A stretch of DNA of 64,000 bases from a virus. The position numbers were made by a program, and so were the translations under genes. Positions 1 to 9,973 of this stretch are shown in pieces. How positions within the stretch are numbered: position 1 is the stretch's first letter; each line of letters begins with the position of its first letter. The notes under the pieces are model-generated. The model was not told the origin of the DNA, did not search any database, and worked only from the letters and a program-made list of their open reading frames with translations. The stretch spans positions 1-64,000 of the IMG/VR virus record IMGVR_UViG_3300010149_000001; one strand, given 5' to 3'.

Positions 1-141
1 GGATTTGCACATTGGCAACACCGCTTCAATTCCAAAGACGACGCTATCGCATTCCTTTGTCGTTGTCCTCATCAATTGATTCAAGTGAAAGAAGGCGACG
101 GACAATATGAAGTTCGCACCACATACATGGAGGGATATTGA
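1..141 (+). CDS. Partial hypothetical protein (3' end)
   Basis: Frame 1 is open from base 1 to TGA at 139-141, abutting the next ATG. Confidence 0.55.
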   Translation, partial: GFAHWQHRFNSKDDAIAFLCRCPHQLIQVKEGDGQYEVRTTYMEGY

Positions 142-387
142 ATGTCAAATGAAGCACGACAAACCGCTGGTGCAATCCACATTTATCTGATGGAACAGGA
201 TGAACTGCTCACAGCAATTGAATCCGTTGAAAGAGCGATGAACACATTCAGAACTCTCAATACACACACGAATGTTGAAGCAAATACATACGGCGACATT
301 CTGGATATGTTGAAGGCAAAGAAAGACCTCAACGAACAGCGACTTGTCAACCTTAGACAAAAATTAGCAACGGAGATGAAAATATGA
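142..387 (+). CDS. Hypothetical protein, coiled-coil
   Basis: 81-aa ORF with GGAGG upstream; packed with neighbours. Confidence 0.7.
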   Translation: MSNEARQTAGAIHIYLMEQDELLTAIESVERAMNTFRTLNTHTNVEANTYGDILDMLKAKKDLNEQRLVNLRQKLATEMKI

Positions 388-524
388 AATGGACAGTTAA
401 ACTGAATGGCAAGCCTGTATTCCAGAGCAAGTCGCTCAAGGAATGCTCACGATATGTGAACAAGAACATCAAGCGAACTGAGAACACTCGTGTGTCAATC
501 AGTCGCATCAATGGAGGCGTTTGA
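384..524 (+). CDS. Small hypothetical protein (46 aa, MKWTVKLNGKPVF...)
   Basis: ATGA overlap with the previous stop; below the ORF-track cutoff; translated by hand. Confidence 0.55.
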   Translation: MKWTVKLNGKPVFQSKSLKECSRYVNKNIKRTENTRVSISRINGGV

Positions 525-640
525 ATGATGTTCTCAAGCAATAATGGGAATCCCATTTACTACGATTCATCAATCAACATTTTCTTTTTCCTAAACGAAC
601 AGGGCGAAGAAGTTCTTTGTAGTGAGCAAGGTGAGCGTCT

Positions 641-1192
641 ATGAACATATTCGCATTCCACCAAGACCCACATACAGCGGCATCAATGCTGGATGACAGG
701 AGAGTCAACAAAATGATTCTGGAGTCGGTGCAAATCATCTCCACAGCCGTCTGGGAGGTTGGAATGCCAACACGACCATTGACGAAGGCTGGCACACCAT
801 ACAAGCCAACCCATCGCAACCATCCCGTTGTCAAGTGGGCTGGAGAATGTGCTGGGAATATGTTCTGGCTCATCCGATACACGAGGGCTTTGGGACATGA
901 GTTTGAAGCACGATTCGGTCATGTTCATTCCTCAATCCAATCTCTGGAGACATGGATGGACAATCACGCTATGTCTGGCAACGGATATGGCTCGGATGGA
1001 ATCTGGCAACATATCCCAGCGGGACATCGCACTCCATTCGCTCAATGTATGCCAGACAAATACAAATCACCATGCTCTGCTATCGCTTATCGCCAATACT
1101 TCTTGGCAGAAAAACTCGATGAGGCCACCAGATGGTTCAAGACTGTGGGAATGCCAGCACACATCGAATCTATGATGAGGGGATTTGCATGA
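641..1192 (+). CDS. Pyrimidine-dimer DNA glycosylase (T4 endonuclease V-like family)
   Basis: MNIF...KMILESVQ...YKPTHRNHP..WA and terminal AYRQY motifs typical of the phage family. Confidence 0.8.
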   Translation: MNIFAFHQDPHTAASMLDDRRVNKMILESVQIISTAVWEVGMPTRPLTKAGTPYKPTHRNHPVVKWAGECAGNMFWLIRYTRALGHEFEARFGHVHSSIQSLETWMDNHAMSGNGYGSDGIWQHIPAGHRTPFAQCMPDKYKSPCSAIAYRQYFLAEKLDEATRWFKTVGMPAHIESMMRGFA

Positions 1193-2316
1193 CCAACAAG
1201 GCCAATCCAATTCTGGTCAGACAGGCCAAGCGTTGGGCTATTGCTGAACGCCAAGACCGATTGCCAGACGAACTGTATGTTGCTCTGGCACAGGGTCGCT
1301 CATCAACCTATGAGCGCAAGGTCGTGAAGAACTTAGCCAAGCATTCCAGAATCATTGACATCGAGTCTGCGAGCATTCGCCCGTATGATGAGTTCAGCAA
1401 GGATTGGGTATATTCCAAGTCCGTGTTTGGACACACCAACAAATGCGAACTCTGTGGACACGCACCAATCAAAGAGAACTGCATTCTGACCAACCAAGAC
1501 AATGACAAAGAACTCATCATTGGGAATGTCTGTGTCCACCGCTACATCGAGATTAACGACCCAAAGACAGGGAAGCCAATGTCTGATGAAGAGAAGTCCA
1601 AGTTCCTCAAAAAGAACATGACAGAAGCGAAGTCTGAATACAAGCAACAGGAGTTCGCTCAGACCTATCCAGAGGCCATGAAACTGCTCAAGAAGTATGA
1701 ACGCATGATGAACTCACGAAAGCCCCTCAAGCGTCTGCATAAGACCGTAGTGAACCGTCTGGTGAAGTATGGCTATCTGGGAGGAAAAACACGCATGGCA
1801 TGGGACACCTTCATGGAGACCGCAGAGGCTGAACATGCCGCTTATCTGGACTACATCTCCAACAGAGAACTTGAGGCTAAGGCCAGAGCAGAACGCAACG
1901 CAGAAGCGAAAGTCGCCTTTGCTCAACAGATTGCTCAGAACAGGAATCTCTGGCAGAAAGAAGCAGATGAGTTCATCGCTGTGGGAACTGACCTTGAGGA
2001 ACAATTGAACTCTTGGGAGAAGGAGATGGTCGGCAGAGTCCAGACCAAAATACGCTTGACAGGAACAAAGTCTCTGCGTGGCGGTTATCTCAGATTCCAT
2101 GAAGAACTGATTGCCAGACACATGCTCGCCAATGGCGTTGAGATTCCAATGCCTGTGCTGGGAACTGAGGTCAAACTCTGGCTTCAATCAGCACCACTCA
2201 ACGATTGGGAGAGAGAGTTCTGCACATCAATTATGGGTCGCCTTGCATTAGGCCGTTCATTGTCAGAAGGACAAATCAAGGTCATTGACAAAATACGCAA
2301 GAAGGTGAGCAAGTGA
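1189..2316 (+). CDS. Hypothetical protein with Zn-binding motif
   Basis: CELCGH...C...GNVC; ATGA overlap at 1189. Confidence 0.7.
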   Translation: MTNKANPILVRQAKRWAIAERQDRLPDELYVALAQGRSSTYERKVVKNLAKHSRIIDIESASIRPYDEFSKDWVYSKSVFGHTNKCELCGHAPIKENCILTNQDNDKELIIGNVCVHRYIEINDPKTGKPMSDEEKSKFLKKNMTEAKSEYKQQEFAQTYPEAMKLLKKYERMMNSRKPLKRLHKTVVNRLVKYGYLGGKTRMAWDTFMETAEAEHAAYLDYISNRELEAKARAERNAEAKVAFAQQIAQNRNLWQKEADEFIAVGTDLEEQLNSWEKEMVGRVQTKIRLTGTKSLRGGYLRFHEELIARHMLANGVEIPMPVLGTEVKLWLQSAPLNDWEREFCTSIMGRLALGRSLSEGQIKVIDKIRKKVSK

Positions 2317-2522
2317 AACAGAATCTCCAATACTACATGATTGACTTCAACCAACCATCTCTGAGTCCAGAACTTTTCAGATGTCCTCAACATGGTCATG
2401 TGCTGAACATGATGGTTCAGTATGCTCATAATCAAGGCTGGCTGATTGTCCCTATGGGAGACTCAAGACCAAGTGGTCAGCAGATGAATGTTAAACTTCA
2501 ATATCCAATCCACTTTGAGTGA
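2313..2522 (+). CDS. Hypothetical protein
   Basis: GTGA overlaps on both sides. Confidence 0.55.
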   Translation: MKQNLQYYMIDFNQPSLSPELFRCPQHGHVLNMMVQYAHNQGWLIVPMGDSRPSGQQMNVKLQYPIHFE

Positions 2523-2791
2523 TTCAGATGGATGAGGTCGAACTCACCAGCGATATGATTCCAGATTCTCTGGTCTTTGACGATGATAAACGAGATGTCT
2601 ATGCCGCTAAGGTTCAGAACAAAAAATGTCCAAAATGCCAGCGACCAGATTCTGAGGTTTGGGAGTTCATATTGAAGCCGATACACCAGCATCCAAATCA
2701 TCTGCTGATTCATCGGGGCGAAAACTCCTGTGGCTGGAGGTCATCAACAATTGATTTGATGAAACCAGACGGCTGGACAATTAAGGAATGA
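2519..2791 (+). CDS. Small Zn-finger protein
   Basis: CPKC...H...C; overlapping start/stop. Confidence 0.6.
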   Translation: MIQMDEVELTSDMIPDSLVFDDDKRDVYAAKVQNKKCPKCQRPDSEVWEFILKPIHQHPNHLLIHRGENSCGWRSSTIDLMKPDGWTIKE

Positions 2792-3261
2792 AACCATTCA
2801 GATTCAGGAGTGTTTATATCCTGTGGCTTTCTGGAATGGTCATGCACGATTATCTGAATGGCATCAAATACAGCCTCAGAACCAAGAGGTTCACCACAGA
2901 CAACCCACGAGTTCTGTATATTGGCAACACCTCATCCACCGTCAAGAAGGCTCTTGATAGTGGAGTTATGCTGAACAAAGCAACCTCTCAAGCAACAATC
3001 CTATTCCCATCTGGACACCGACATGAATACATCTGCTATCAAAAAGGAGATGCGCTTCGCACTTTCAAGGCTGAATATGCGTGGCTCGTCATCGTCTTTG
3101 ACAAGAACAACGACATCGTTGCATTCGGTGATGAAGGCGATGGACATATTGACAACGATATATTCATTGGTCGCTCTGGTGCATGTGAATATGTCAAAGG
3201 TCATGTCGAGTATCATCTCAACGACACAGACATGCCTCTGCAACCATATCTGGATAATTGA
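2788..3261 (+). CDS. Hypothetical protein
   Basis: 157-aa ORF, ATGA overlap. Confidence 0.6.
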   Translation: MKPFRFRSVYILWLSGMVMHDYLNGIKYSLRTKRFTTDNPRVLYIGNTSSTVKKALDSGVMLNKATSQATILFPSGHRHEYICYQKGDALRTFKAEYAWLVIVFDKNNDIVAFGDEGDGHIDNDIFIGRSGACEYVKGHVEYHLNDTDMPLQPYLDN

Positions 3262-3318
3262 GGAACTTAACCATTGAGATTAAGCAACCTTCTTATACTG
3301 CCACGCCCAGCGTTGGGT

Positions 3319-3702
3319 ATGGGCGGCACAGTTTTCACCTTCGTTTCAGCGTCGGTTGACGATGTTGAGCCAGCCCATGCTGATGTCAAGAACCATCACA
3401 TAACACTCAAGTTCAGACCATCTGACGCTGATGTTGATGCAACCCCATTCGGTGCTTCTTGCTGGTGGGTTGCCACAGGCAGAGTCATCACAGACGATGT
3501 TGATGCGGTTCTGGTTGAGTTCGTTGGCGGCGACATTCACGCATGTGATGTTGCTTCTGGAGTTCCTCACATCACCATCTCAGTTCGTGATGGAGTTTCA
3601 CCAGCAAAATCCATTGACGCTATTCGCCACGCCATCGCTACTGACACCGTTCAGCCGTTCAAAGCATTTGGTCATGGAACTGTGGACAGACTTGCTTCTT
3701 GA
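3319..3702 (+). CDS. 2H phosphoesterase
   Basis: Two HxT motifs (HHITL, PHITI) about 55 aa apart; leaderless ATG after a class-E promoter. Confidence 0.75.
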   Translation: MGGTVFTFVSASVDDVEPAHADVKNHHITLKFRPSDADVDATPFGASCWWVATGRVITDDVDAVLVEFVGGDIHACDVASGVPHITISVRDGVSPAKSIDAIRHAIATDTVQPFKAFGHGTVDRLAS

Positions 3703-3729
3703 TAACGGTGGGCGGTGTGTCCCGTCAAC

Positions 3730-5724
3730 ATGACCGTTGAAGTTCGCCAATCTGCTCAATCAGCATCTCGCTATGAAGCAACGCTGGCGGGTATGGATAT
3801 TGCCTTCATATTCCTGTCATCTGCGAAGGGTCGGATGGACTTCACCGTCGAACACGATGGCAAGCCTCTGGGCAAATACAATGTCCTATCACAGCACTCT
3901 CTGGGTCGTCTGGCAAAGGCTCTCAAACTTGATGAGGACACGAAGGAGACATTCATCGCTGAATCTCTGACCGCTGGAATCCACTTGCGAGATGGCGAAT
4001 ATGTGCCAGCCCCAATTCCAGACAGGATTGAAATTGAAGTCAGCGAGTATGAGGGCAGAAGTTCATCATTCGGAGTTATTGACACCGATACAACCGCAGA
4101 GTTTCTGAGCCAGCCAGATTTGCTGGACAGAATCAACGACATTCTGCATAACAGTCGTGAAACTCCATTCGTCGGAGATGATGCGAATCTGCTTCTGACA
4201 TTCTTGGTTTTCTTGTCGTGCAAGACTGAGAAGCCACTCAATCTGGAGATGATTGGTGCTTCGTCGTCTGGTAAAACATATCTGACTCTGACCGCCAGAA
4301 ACGGATTCCCCAAGTCCATGTGTATGGTCTTGGCTGGTGCATCCAAAGAGGCTCTCAAGTATGACTATGACGAGGTGTCTGAGGATGGAGAGTTCATCGT
4401 CAATGTAGCCAATCGTTGCATCGTGATTCTGGAGAAGGATGAGTCGTTTGCATTCATCAGAAGGATGAAGCCGTTGATGTCTGGAGATGACACAGAACTT
4501 GTCTGGAAAACTCCAATCAAGAATGAGATGACAGGCGAGATTGAGACCAGAGACTTCATCATCAGAGGACAACCATCCTTCATCACATTGACCACTCGCA
4601 ACCCATCTGAGGCTGAACAAATCACCAGACAATTGCTGATGACACCAGAGACCACACCAGACAAAATTGAGAATGTTGTTGCCAACACTCTGCTGGCAAA
4701 GGCTCGCCCAGAGGACTTGTCCATTCACCCAGATTTGCATCTGCTTCAAGCGTCAATGCTCAAACTCAAACAACGCAGAACACGCAACATATTCGCACCA
4801 TTGATGGCTGAGTTTTTCCCAGCCACATCTGCGAGCCACCAAAGAGACATCAACAAAGTTCTGTCCATCATTGATACAATCACGCTTCTTCACCAGAAGC
4901 AAAGACCGACGCACAAGATTGGCGAGACAACCTATGTATTGAGTTCGATAGAGGATAATGTGCTGGGATTGATTCTGTGCGACTTGGTTCTGAGGGCATC
5001 TCTGTCTGGAGTTCCAGAGGATTCGTGGTTGATTATGAATGAGATGAAGAAAATGTCAGAATCGAATCGCACTTTGTCAGAGGATAACATACTCCAATGG
5101 TTGCACATTCACGCATTCCAATGCTCTAAGAACGCCCTCAAGGAGAAGCATTTGCCAACCCTTGCTGACTCTGGCTTGATTGAAGTCAAGCGTCGTGGAG
5201 GCGGCAGAGGGGGCGGCAGAAAGACATGGGGCATTGTCAAGACCAGAGCAGGTCTGATGGAGACCTATGCTCTTGCACCATTGTTCATTGAATCCGTCAG
5301 AAAGAATCTCCCATCTGTGATGTTGGAGTTCGATGACATTCTGTCCAAGTGCATCGCATCAGAATCTCTGGCGAAACTTCTGGACAACGATGCTGACTTA
5401 TTGAAGTCAATAGGTTGCTCAAGCAAATCCGATTCCAAAATCTGGCGAAGTTTGGTTCTGCCAAAGTATCTGACCAAGAAGGCCAGAGGTATTTTCTATG
5501 ACATCGTTGGAGACAATGCACACAGACCGACTTTGTTTGGTCAGCGATGTTCATGGCTTGACACCAGCATCAAATCCAAAGCAACAGATGAACTTGAGGC
5601 TCACAGAGAAGTCCGTGAGAAGGTTCAGAAGGTGGTTCAGTCAAGCGATACAGGTGGCGAGGATATGTGGGAACACATCGCAAATGCACACCTTGACGGT
5701 TTTGATTCTGAGTATTCTGCTTGA
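3730..5724 (+). CDS. AAA+ (MCM-like) putative replicative helicase with C-terminal winged helix
   Basis: Walker A GASSSGKT, Walker B-like VILEKDE, sensor-like ITLTT, TR finger; heads the replication module. Confidence 0.6.
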   Translation: MTVEVRQSAQSASRYEATLAGMDIAFIFLSSAKGRMDFTVEHDGKPLGKYNVLSQHSLGRLAKALKLDEDTKETFIAESLTAGIHLRDGEYVPAPIPDRIEIEVSEYEGRSSSFGVIDTDTTAEFLSQPDLLDRINDILHNSRETPFVGDDANLLLTFLVFLSCKTEKPLNLEMIGASSSGKTYLTLTARNGFPKSMCMVLAGASKEALKYDYDEVSEDGEFIVNVANRCIVILEKDESFAFIRRMKPLMSGDDTELVWKTPIKNEMTGEIETRDFIIRGQPSFITLTTRNPSEAEQITRQLLMTPETTPDKIENVVANTLLAKARPEDLSIHPDLHLLQASMLKLKQRRTRNIFAPLMAEFFPATSASHQRDINKVLSIIDTITLLHQKQRPTHKIGETTYVLSSIEDNVLGLILCDLVLRASLSGVPEDSWLIMNEMKKMSESNRTLSEDNILQWLHIHAFQCSKNALKEKHLPTLADSGLIEVKRRGGGRGGGRKTWGIVKTRAGLMETYALAPLFIESVRKNLPSVMLEFDDILSKCIASESLAKLLDNDADLLKSIGCSSKSDSKIWRSLVLPKYLTKKARGIFYDIVGDNAHRPTLFGQRCSWLDTSIKSKATDELEAHREVREKVQKVVQSSDTGGEDMWEHIANAHLDGFDSEYSA

Positions 5725-5751
5725 TAAGGGTGGGAGTGAACAGGGTGAATC
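5721..5751 (+). promoter_or_regulatory. Class-M promoter (representative): TTGATAAG-GGTGGG-N~17-ATG
   Basis: Copies at 3699, 5721, 7135, 8063, 10377, 16130, 21975, 26865, 29204, 33684, 36468, 38463. Confidence 0.8.
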
Positions 5752-7119
5752 ATGTCAGCAAAGAAACCTGCCAAATCAGCCCTGCCGCCAACCGCATCCA
5801 AGAGGCTTGCACCTTTCATTGAAAGAGGCATCGCCAACGGGATATTCAAGGATGAAACCCCTGTGGTTCAAATGTTCAAGAACAAGGCCAAAGACCCAAC
5901 ACTCAAGGAGACTGTTGATTCTCTTGGTGGACTCAGTTCTGAAATCGCTCAAGCATTCTTGACCGACATTGTTCTCACAGACCTCACTTCAATTCTGCGA
6001 CAGAAGCGATACATCGCCCATGTTCAAGTTTGGTCAGTCTCTCACAACACCGTTGGGGCGGCTTCTGGCAACCCACGACCTGTCTGCAACATCTTTGGAC
6101 AAGCACAGGTTGAGGATGGCGACGAACTCATGGAAGCGGCTATGTTCAGCATGTCTCTCTGGGATGAGGATGCGGCAATTGGCGACGATGTTGAGCGTGA
6201 TGGAGTCTATTCAGTCTCTGTGTCATGCAAGAACCTTGACCAACCGACTCTGGACTTTAGACCACTCTCTGGTCTGACCATGTTCCATGAAGAAGAGTTT
6301 GCTCACGATTCTGCAATTGACTTGCTCAAAGACACCTATGATGTCATGCCAATCTCTGAACTTGAGGATGATGTGTCTCGTGGTCGCAACGACTATCGCT
6401 TGATTGAAGCCACAGTTTCATACGCTGGAGTTCAGAACTCTCGTGCTGGAAACCAATTCGGCAAACTGCTTCTCAAGGATGAATCAACCATGACTCTGGA
6501 TGCAATCGAGTCTGGTGAATCTCTGATGCTCAACGCTCTTTGTTCCACCGACATCGCAACCCGATTCGGCAAATACTCCAAAATCCTCGCTCTCATCACC
6601 ACGAAGGTGCAAGGCGAATACGGACTGTCTGCCAACATCACTATGGCTCTGCCTGTGATTCTGGTTGCACCAATTGAAGCCAAGAAAGCAACCGCTGAAA
6701 CCAAAGAGGATGATGCGGCTGACTACTTCAAGGCTCAATCTGCACAGGTCATCAACCTTGACGACGACGACGATGATGAGGATGAAGCCCCAGAAGCGGC
6801 CTCAGAAGCCTCAGAACCTGTCGTGGCTACTCCAACCCCATCTGCACCAGAAGAAGCCCCAGAAGCGGCCTCTGACGACGAGGATGAGGATGATGAGGAC
6901 ATTGACCTCAACCTGCTTCCTGTCAAGGCTCTCAAGGCTATGGCAAAAGGCGCAGGTGTCGAAGGCTACTCCACCATGAAGAAGGCAGAACTCGTGTCTG
7001 CACTCTCTGACGATGACGATGACGAATCTGAATCAGCACCAGCAGAAGCAAAGCCAGCAGAAGCGGCTGACGACTTCATCTCTGGTGATGACGACGACGA
7101 GTGGGATGATTGGGACTGA
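5752..7119 (+). CDS. OB-fold ssDNA-binding protein (RPA-like) with Rho-N/HeH motif and acidic tail
   Basis: SLWDE and KLLLKDES OB-like strands; LKAMAKGAGVEGYSTMKKAELV; C-terminal DDEWDDWD. Confidence 0.65.
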   Translation: MSAKKPAKSALPPTASKRLAPFIERGIANGIFKDETPVVQMFKNKAKDPTLKETVDSLGGLSSEIAQAFLTDIVLTDLTSILRQKRYIAHVQVWSVSHNTVGAASGNPRPVCNIFGQAQVEDGDELMEAAMFSMSLWDEDAAIGDDVERDGVYSVSVSCKNLDQPTLDFRPLSGLTMFHEEEFAHDSAIDLLKDTYDVMPISELEDDVSRGRNDYRLIEATVSYAGVQNSRAGNQFGKLLLKDESTMTLDAIESGESLMLNALCSTDIATRFGKYSKILALITTKVQGEYGLSANITMALPVILVAPIEAKKATAETKEDDAADYFKAQSAQVINLDDDDDDEDEAPEAASEASEPVVATPTPSAPEEAPEAASDDEDEDDEDIDLNLLPVKALKAMAKGAGVEGYSTMKKAELVSALSDDDDDESESAPAEAKPAEAADDFISGDDDDEWDDWD

Positions 7120-7164
7120 GGTGTGCGTAAGCACTTCATATAGGTGGTAAAACGAGGGATTGTT

Positions 7165-8043
7165 ATGGCTAAGAAAAAAGACTACTCCGCTTTGATAGCG
7201 GCTTGCGATACAGGCGAATCTATGATTAAGACAAGAACCAAGCACATGAAACTGCAAGGGTTCTCTGGCTCTGGAAAAACGAACTTCTATCTGACCATGT
7301 TCAACGACATGGCGAAGGGCAAATCCCCAGAAGAAGTGCTTCTCTGCATCATTGATTGCGACCTTGAAGGACAGGCTGATTTGATTGCTCGTGAGTCAAT
7401 TCTTGACCCAGCACTTCGACCACGCATATTCAGAAAAATCTGCACCACGCCAGATGAAGTCAACGACATGACTCTGGCATTCATTGACCTCATGCGTCAA
7501 CACCAAGAGGAACACCCAGAGGGAGTTCGCTTGGTCGTGCTTGAGAATGAAGGGGCATATTATCTGGGTTGCCGCAACCACTACGCTCAATCTGTTCACG
7601 GCAAATCAGAGGCTGAACTGCTTCTGTCTCGTCAACAACAGGCTCTCAGAGAAGGCAAGAAAACCCTGCCGACTTTTGAAGAAGGCCAGATGCACTCATA
7701 CAAGGTCATCAACAAACTGTTTGTCCAGCCATTTGAACGCCTCAAGATGGGCGCAGAACTCTATGGCGCACACTTCTGCTCAACGACTCTGATGAAGAAT
7801 CGAACAGAAGGCTTTGGAACTCCAAACGCTGTCCAGATAACTGTCTCTGCTGGCCGACCAGACATCACCGACCCTCTCTTTGATTGGATTGTTGAGTTCA
7901 GTTCCCAGCAACGAGTCAAGGGCGGAGACCTCCAGACACGCTATCTGTGTCAAGTCAAGAAGTCTCGTGCTTGTCCTCCGTTTGTTCTGGAGAATCCGAC
8001 TCAAGACCGCTTCAACAAGGCTGTCGCCAAGTCAAGCAATTGA
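7165..8043 (+). CDS. RecA/Sak4-like P-loop ATPase (recombinase)
   Basis: GFSGSGKT, IIDCD, C-terminal KKSR; lies between SSB and exonuclease. Confidence 0.7.
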   Translation: MAKKKDYSALIAACDTGESMIKTRTKHMKLQGFSGSGKTNFYLTMFNDMAKGKSPEEVLLCIIDCDLEGQADLIARESILDPALRPRIFRKICTTPDEVNDMTLAFIDLMRQHQEEHPEGVRLVVLENEGAYYLGCRNHYAQSVHGKSEAELLLSRQQQALREGKKTLPTFEEGQMHSYKVINKLFVQPFERLKMGAELYGAHFCSTTLMKNRTEGFGTPNAVQITVSAGRPDITDPLFDWIVEFSSQQRVKGGDLQTRYLCQVKKSRACPPFVLENPTQDRFNKAVAKSSN

Positions 8044-8093
8044 GCATATTCCAACCGCCACCGTTAATATGGGTGGGCGGATAGGTGGTCATC

Positions 8094-9278
8094 ATGAAAG
8101 TTCCATACATCTCAGCGACACGACTCAAAATGGCAAAGGATTGCACTCTTGCGTATGAGTTTCAGTATGACCCAAGTGGCGAATCTGAACGCATTCTCAA
8201 GAAGAAATCCAACCACCCAGAGAACACTCAAGCGGCTCGCTTGGGGAACATTGTTCACGGTGCGCTTGAGGATTGGAGATTGCCAGATGCAAAGACAGGC
8301 AAACCAACCAAGCCAAAGTTTGGTGCATTGATGCGCCATTATGAACTCTGGGCGGCAAAGCCAGAGTTCGCTGTGGACTTTGAGTTCTATCAAGACGGCA
8401 AACAGATGCTCAAGCGATGGTTTGACCGCAGAGGCAAAAGCCCTGTCCGTGTCTATGCAACAGAGCAACCGATGGGTCAACATAACGCACCATTCATTCT
8501 GGACAATGGAGTCCCTATCTATGGATTCATTGACTTGATTCTTGAGCATAAGGATGGCACGATTGAACTCGTGGACTACAAGACCAACCGATTGCATAAG
8601 ACTCAGAATGAAGCAGACACCGATGTTCAAGCGGGGATATACCTCTCTTGGGCGAGGCAGATGTTCCCAGACAGACCACTCAGATTCACCTTCGATATGA
8701 TTCGCTGGAGTCCTGTATCAACCGTCTGGACTGACGAACAGATTGACTCATTCGGTGGTTGGCTCAAGGCTCAGTATGAATCCATCAAGGTTCTGGATAA
8801 GGGCAAAGCAACGCTCGGAGATTCGTGCAAATGGTGTGCGTATCAGAGCATCTGTCCAGAAGTTCAGACGCTGATATTCAAGGGCGCATTCGACCTCGTT
8901 GCATCTGACTTTGACAATGACGATGAACAATTGGATGCTCTGGCAACCATCAAGGCGGCTCAAGGAATCCTCAACAAGCGAAGGTCGGTCATTGAAAAAG
9001 AACTCAAGGGCAGACTGAATCCACTTGACCACACAGAGACTATCGAGACCGATACATGGTCTGTGGAATACATCAAGAAGGAACGCTCTGAGTTCATTCC
9101 ATCTGAGGTTCAACGAATTGTTCCACCAGCGGTGTTTGGACAAATCACATCTCTGAGCAAAGCGGCTGTCGAGCGTGTGTTGCCTATCCTCCCAGAAGAG
9201 ATGGCGAAGCGTGTCATGGACACTCAAATCAAGAAACCATACAACGCCATGACCATCAAGCGCAAGAAACAGGACTGA
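8094..9278 (+). CDS. PD-(D/E)XK Cas4/AddB-like exonuclease
   Basis: GNIVHGALE, GFID...DYKT, QxxxY, CKWC...CP (Fe-S ligands). Confidence 0.85.
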   Translation: MKVPYISATRLKMAKDCTLAYEFQYDPSGESERILKKKSNHPENTQAARLGNIVHGALEDWRLPDAKTGKPTKPKFGALMRHYELWAAKPEFAVDFEFYQDGKQMLKRWFDRRGKSPVRVYATEQPMGQHNAPFILDNGVPIYGFIDLILEHKDGTIELVDYKTNRLHKTQNEADTDVQAGIYLSWARQMFPDRPLRFTFDMIRWSPVSTVWTDEQIDSFGGWLKAQYESIKVLDKGKATLGDSCKWCAYQSICPEVQTLIFKGAFDLVASDFDNDDEQLDALATIKAAQGILNKRRSVIEKELKGRLNPLDHTETIETDTWSVEYIKKERSEFIPSEVQRIVPPAVFGQITSLSKAAVERVLPILPEEMAKRVMDTQIKKPYNAMTIKRKKQD

Positions 9279-9330
9279 AACAGTCCCAATCGGGGCGAAC
9301 TCTTTTGACCTTGACCGATGTGGTTGGCGT

Positions 9331-9678
9331 GTGGCAGAGGACAAACCAGACGACAACGAAGTCCCATCATCCAAGTATGGGACACGCAGGTTTGGTCGCT
9401 TAGGTCGTCATGATGGGCGCAACATCAAGCGGCTATGGAAGGCCATGATACAGGCTGGGGCTGTCCATCCAGACGGCAATCCGCTGTCATCCACAGAGGT
9501 TCTGAACCTGCCCAACCAACCATTCTCTATGAACGCCTTGACCAACCACTTGGCGAACAAACCCTATCTCTTCGTTGAGATGGGCAGAGTTCGTGTCGCT
9601 GGTCTGGATGGCAAAACGACTTATGACCAATCCACATGGGTTGCTCGCCCAGATGCTTTTGACCATTTGAAAAAGTGA
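9331..9678 (+). CDS. Hypothetical protein, possible winged-helix DNA binder
   Basis: 115 aa with helix-helix-beta-hairpin pattern ending ...STW. Confidence 0.55.
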   Translation: MAEDKPDDNEVPSSKYGTRRFGRLGRHDGRNIKRLWKAMIQAGAVHPDGNPLSSTEVLNLPNQPFSMNALTNHLANKPYLFVEMGRVRVAGLDGKTTYDQSTWVARPDAFDHLKK

Positions 9679-9837
9679 ATCTGTCAATTTTGACAGAAAA
9701 TCGTTTGCTCAAAAAATGGAACTCTGGAGGTTTGCACTATCCGCATATCGGTGTCAATATGCAAGACCCCCCAAAAGCAAGGAACAAAACCATTGAGATT
9801 GCGACATCTTCATATACCCCTAAGCCCACGCAAGGAT

Positions 9838-9966
9838 ATGAGCCGATACAGCGCACCACTTATCCGCATCCCAGCCAAACTCTGGGTTTGCATTTTGCCT
9901 GTGCTGTTCCCATTGACAATCGTTTGGTTGCCTTTGGTTTTGGCTGATGTTATTGAAATATATTGA
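9838..9966 (+). CDS. Small hydrophobic protein (42 aa)
   Basis: Leaderless ATG at the expected distance from class-E promoter; LWVCILPVLFPLTIVWLPLVLA. Confidence 0.55.
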   Translation: MSRYSAPLIRIPAKLWVCILPVLFPLTIVWLPLVLADVIEIY

Positions 9967-9973
9967 ATAGGAG

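Noticed and set aside
8094-9278. Cas4-like nuclease as evidence of CRISPR-Cas
   Set aside because: No repeat-spacer array or other cas genes; it lies in an SSB-recombinase-exonuclease module typical of viruses
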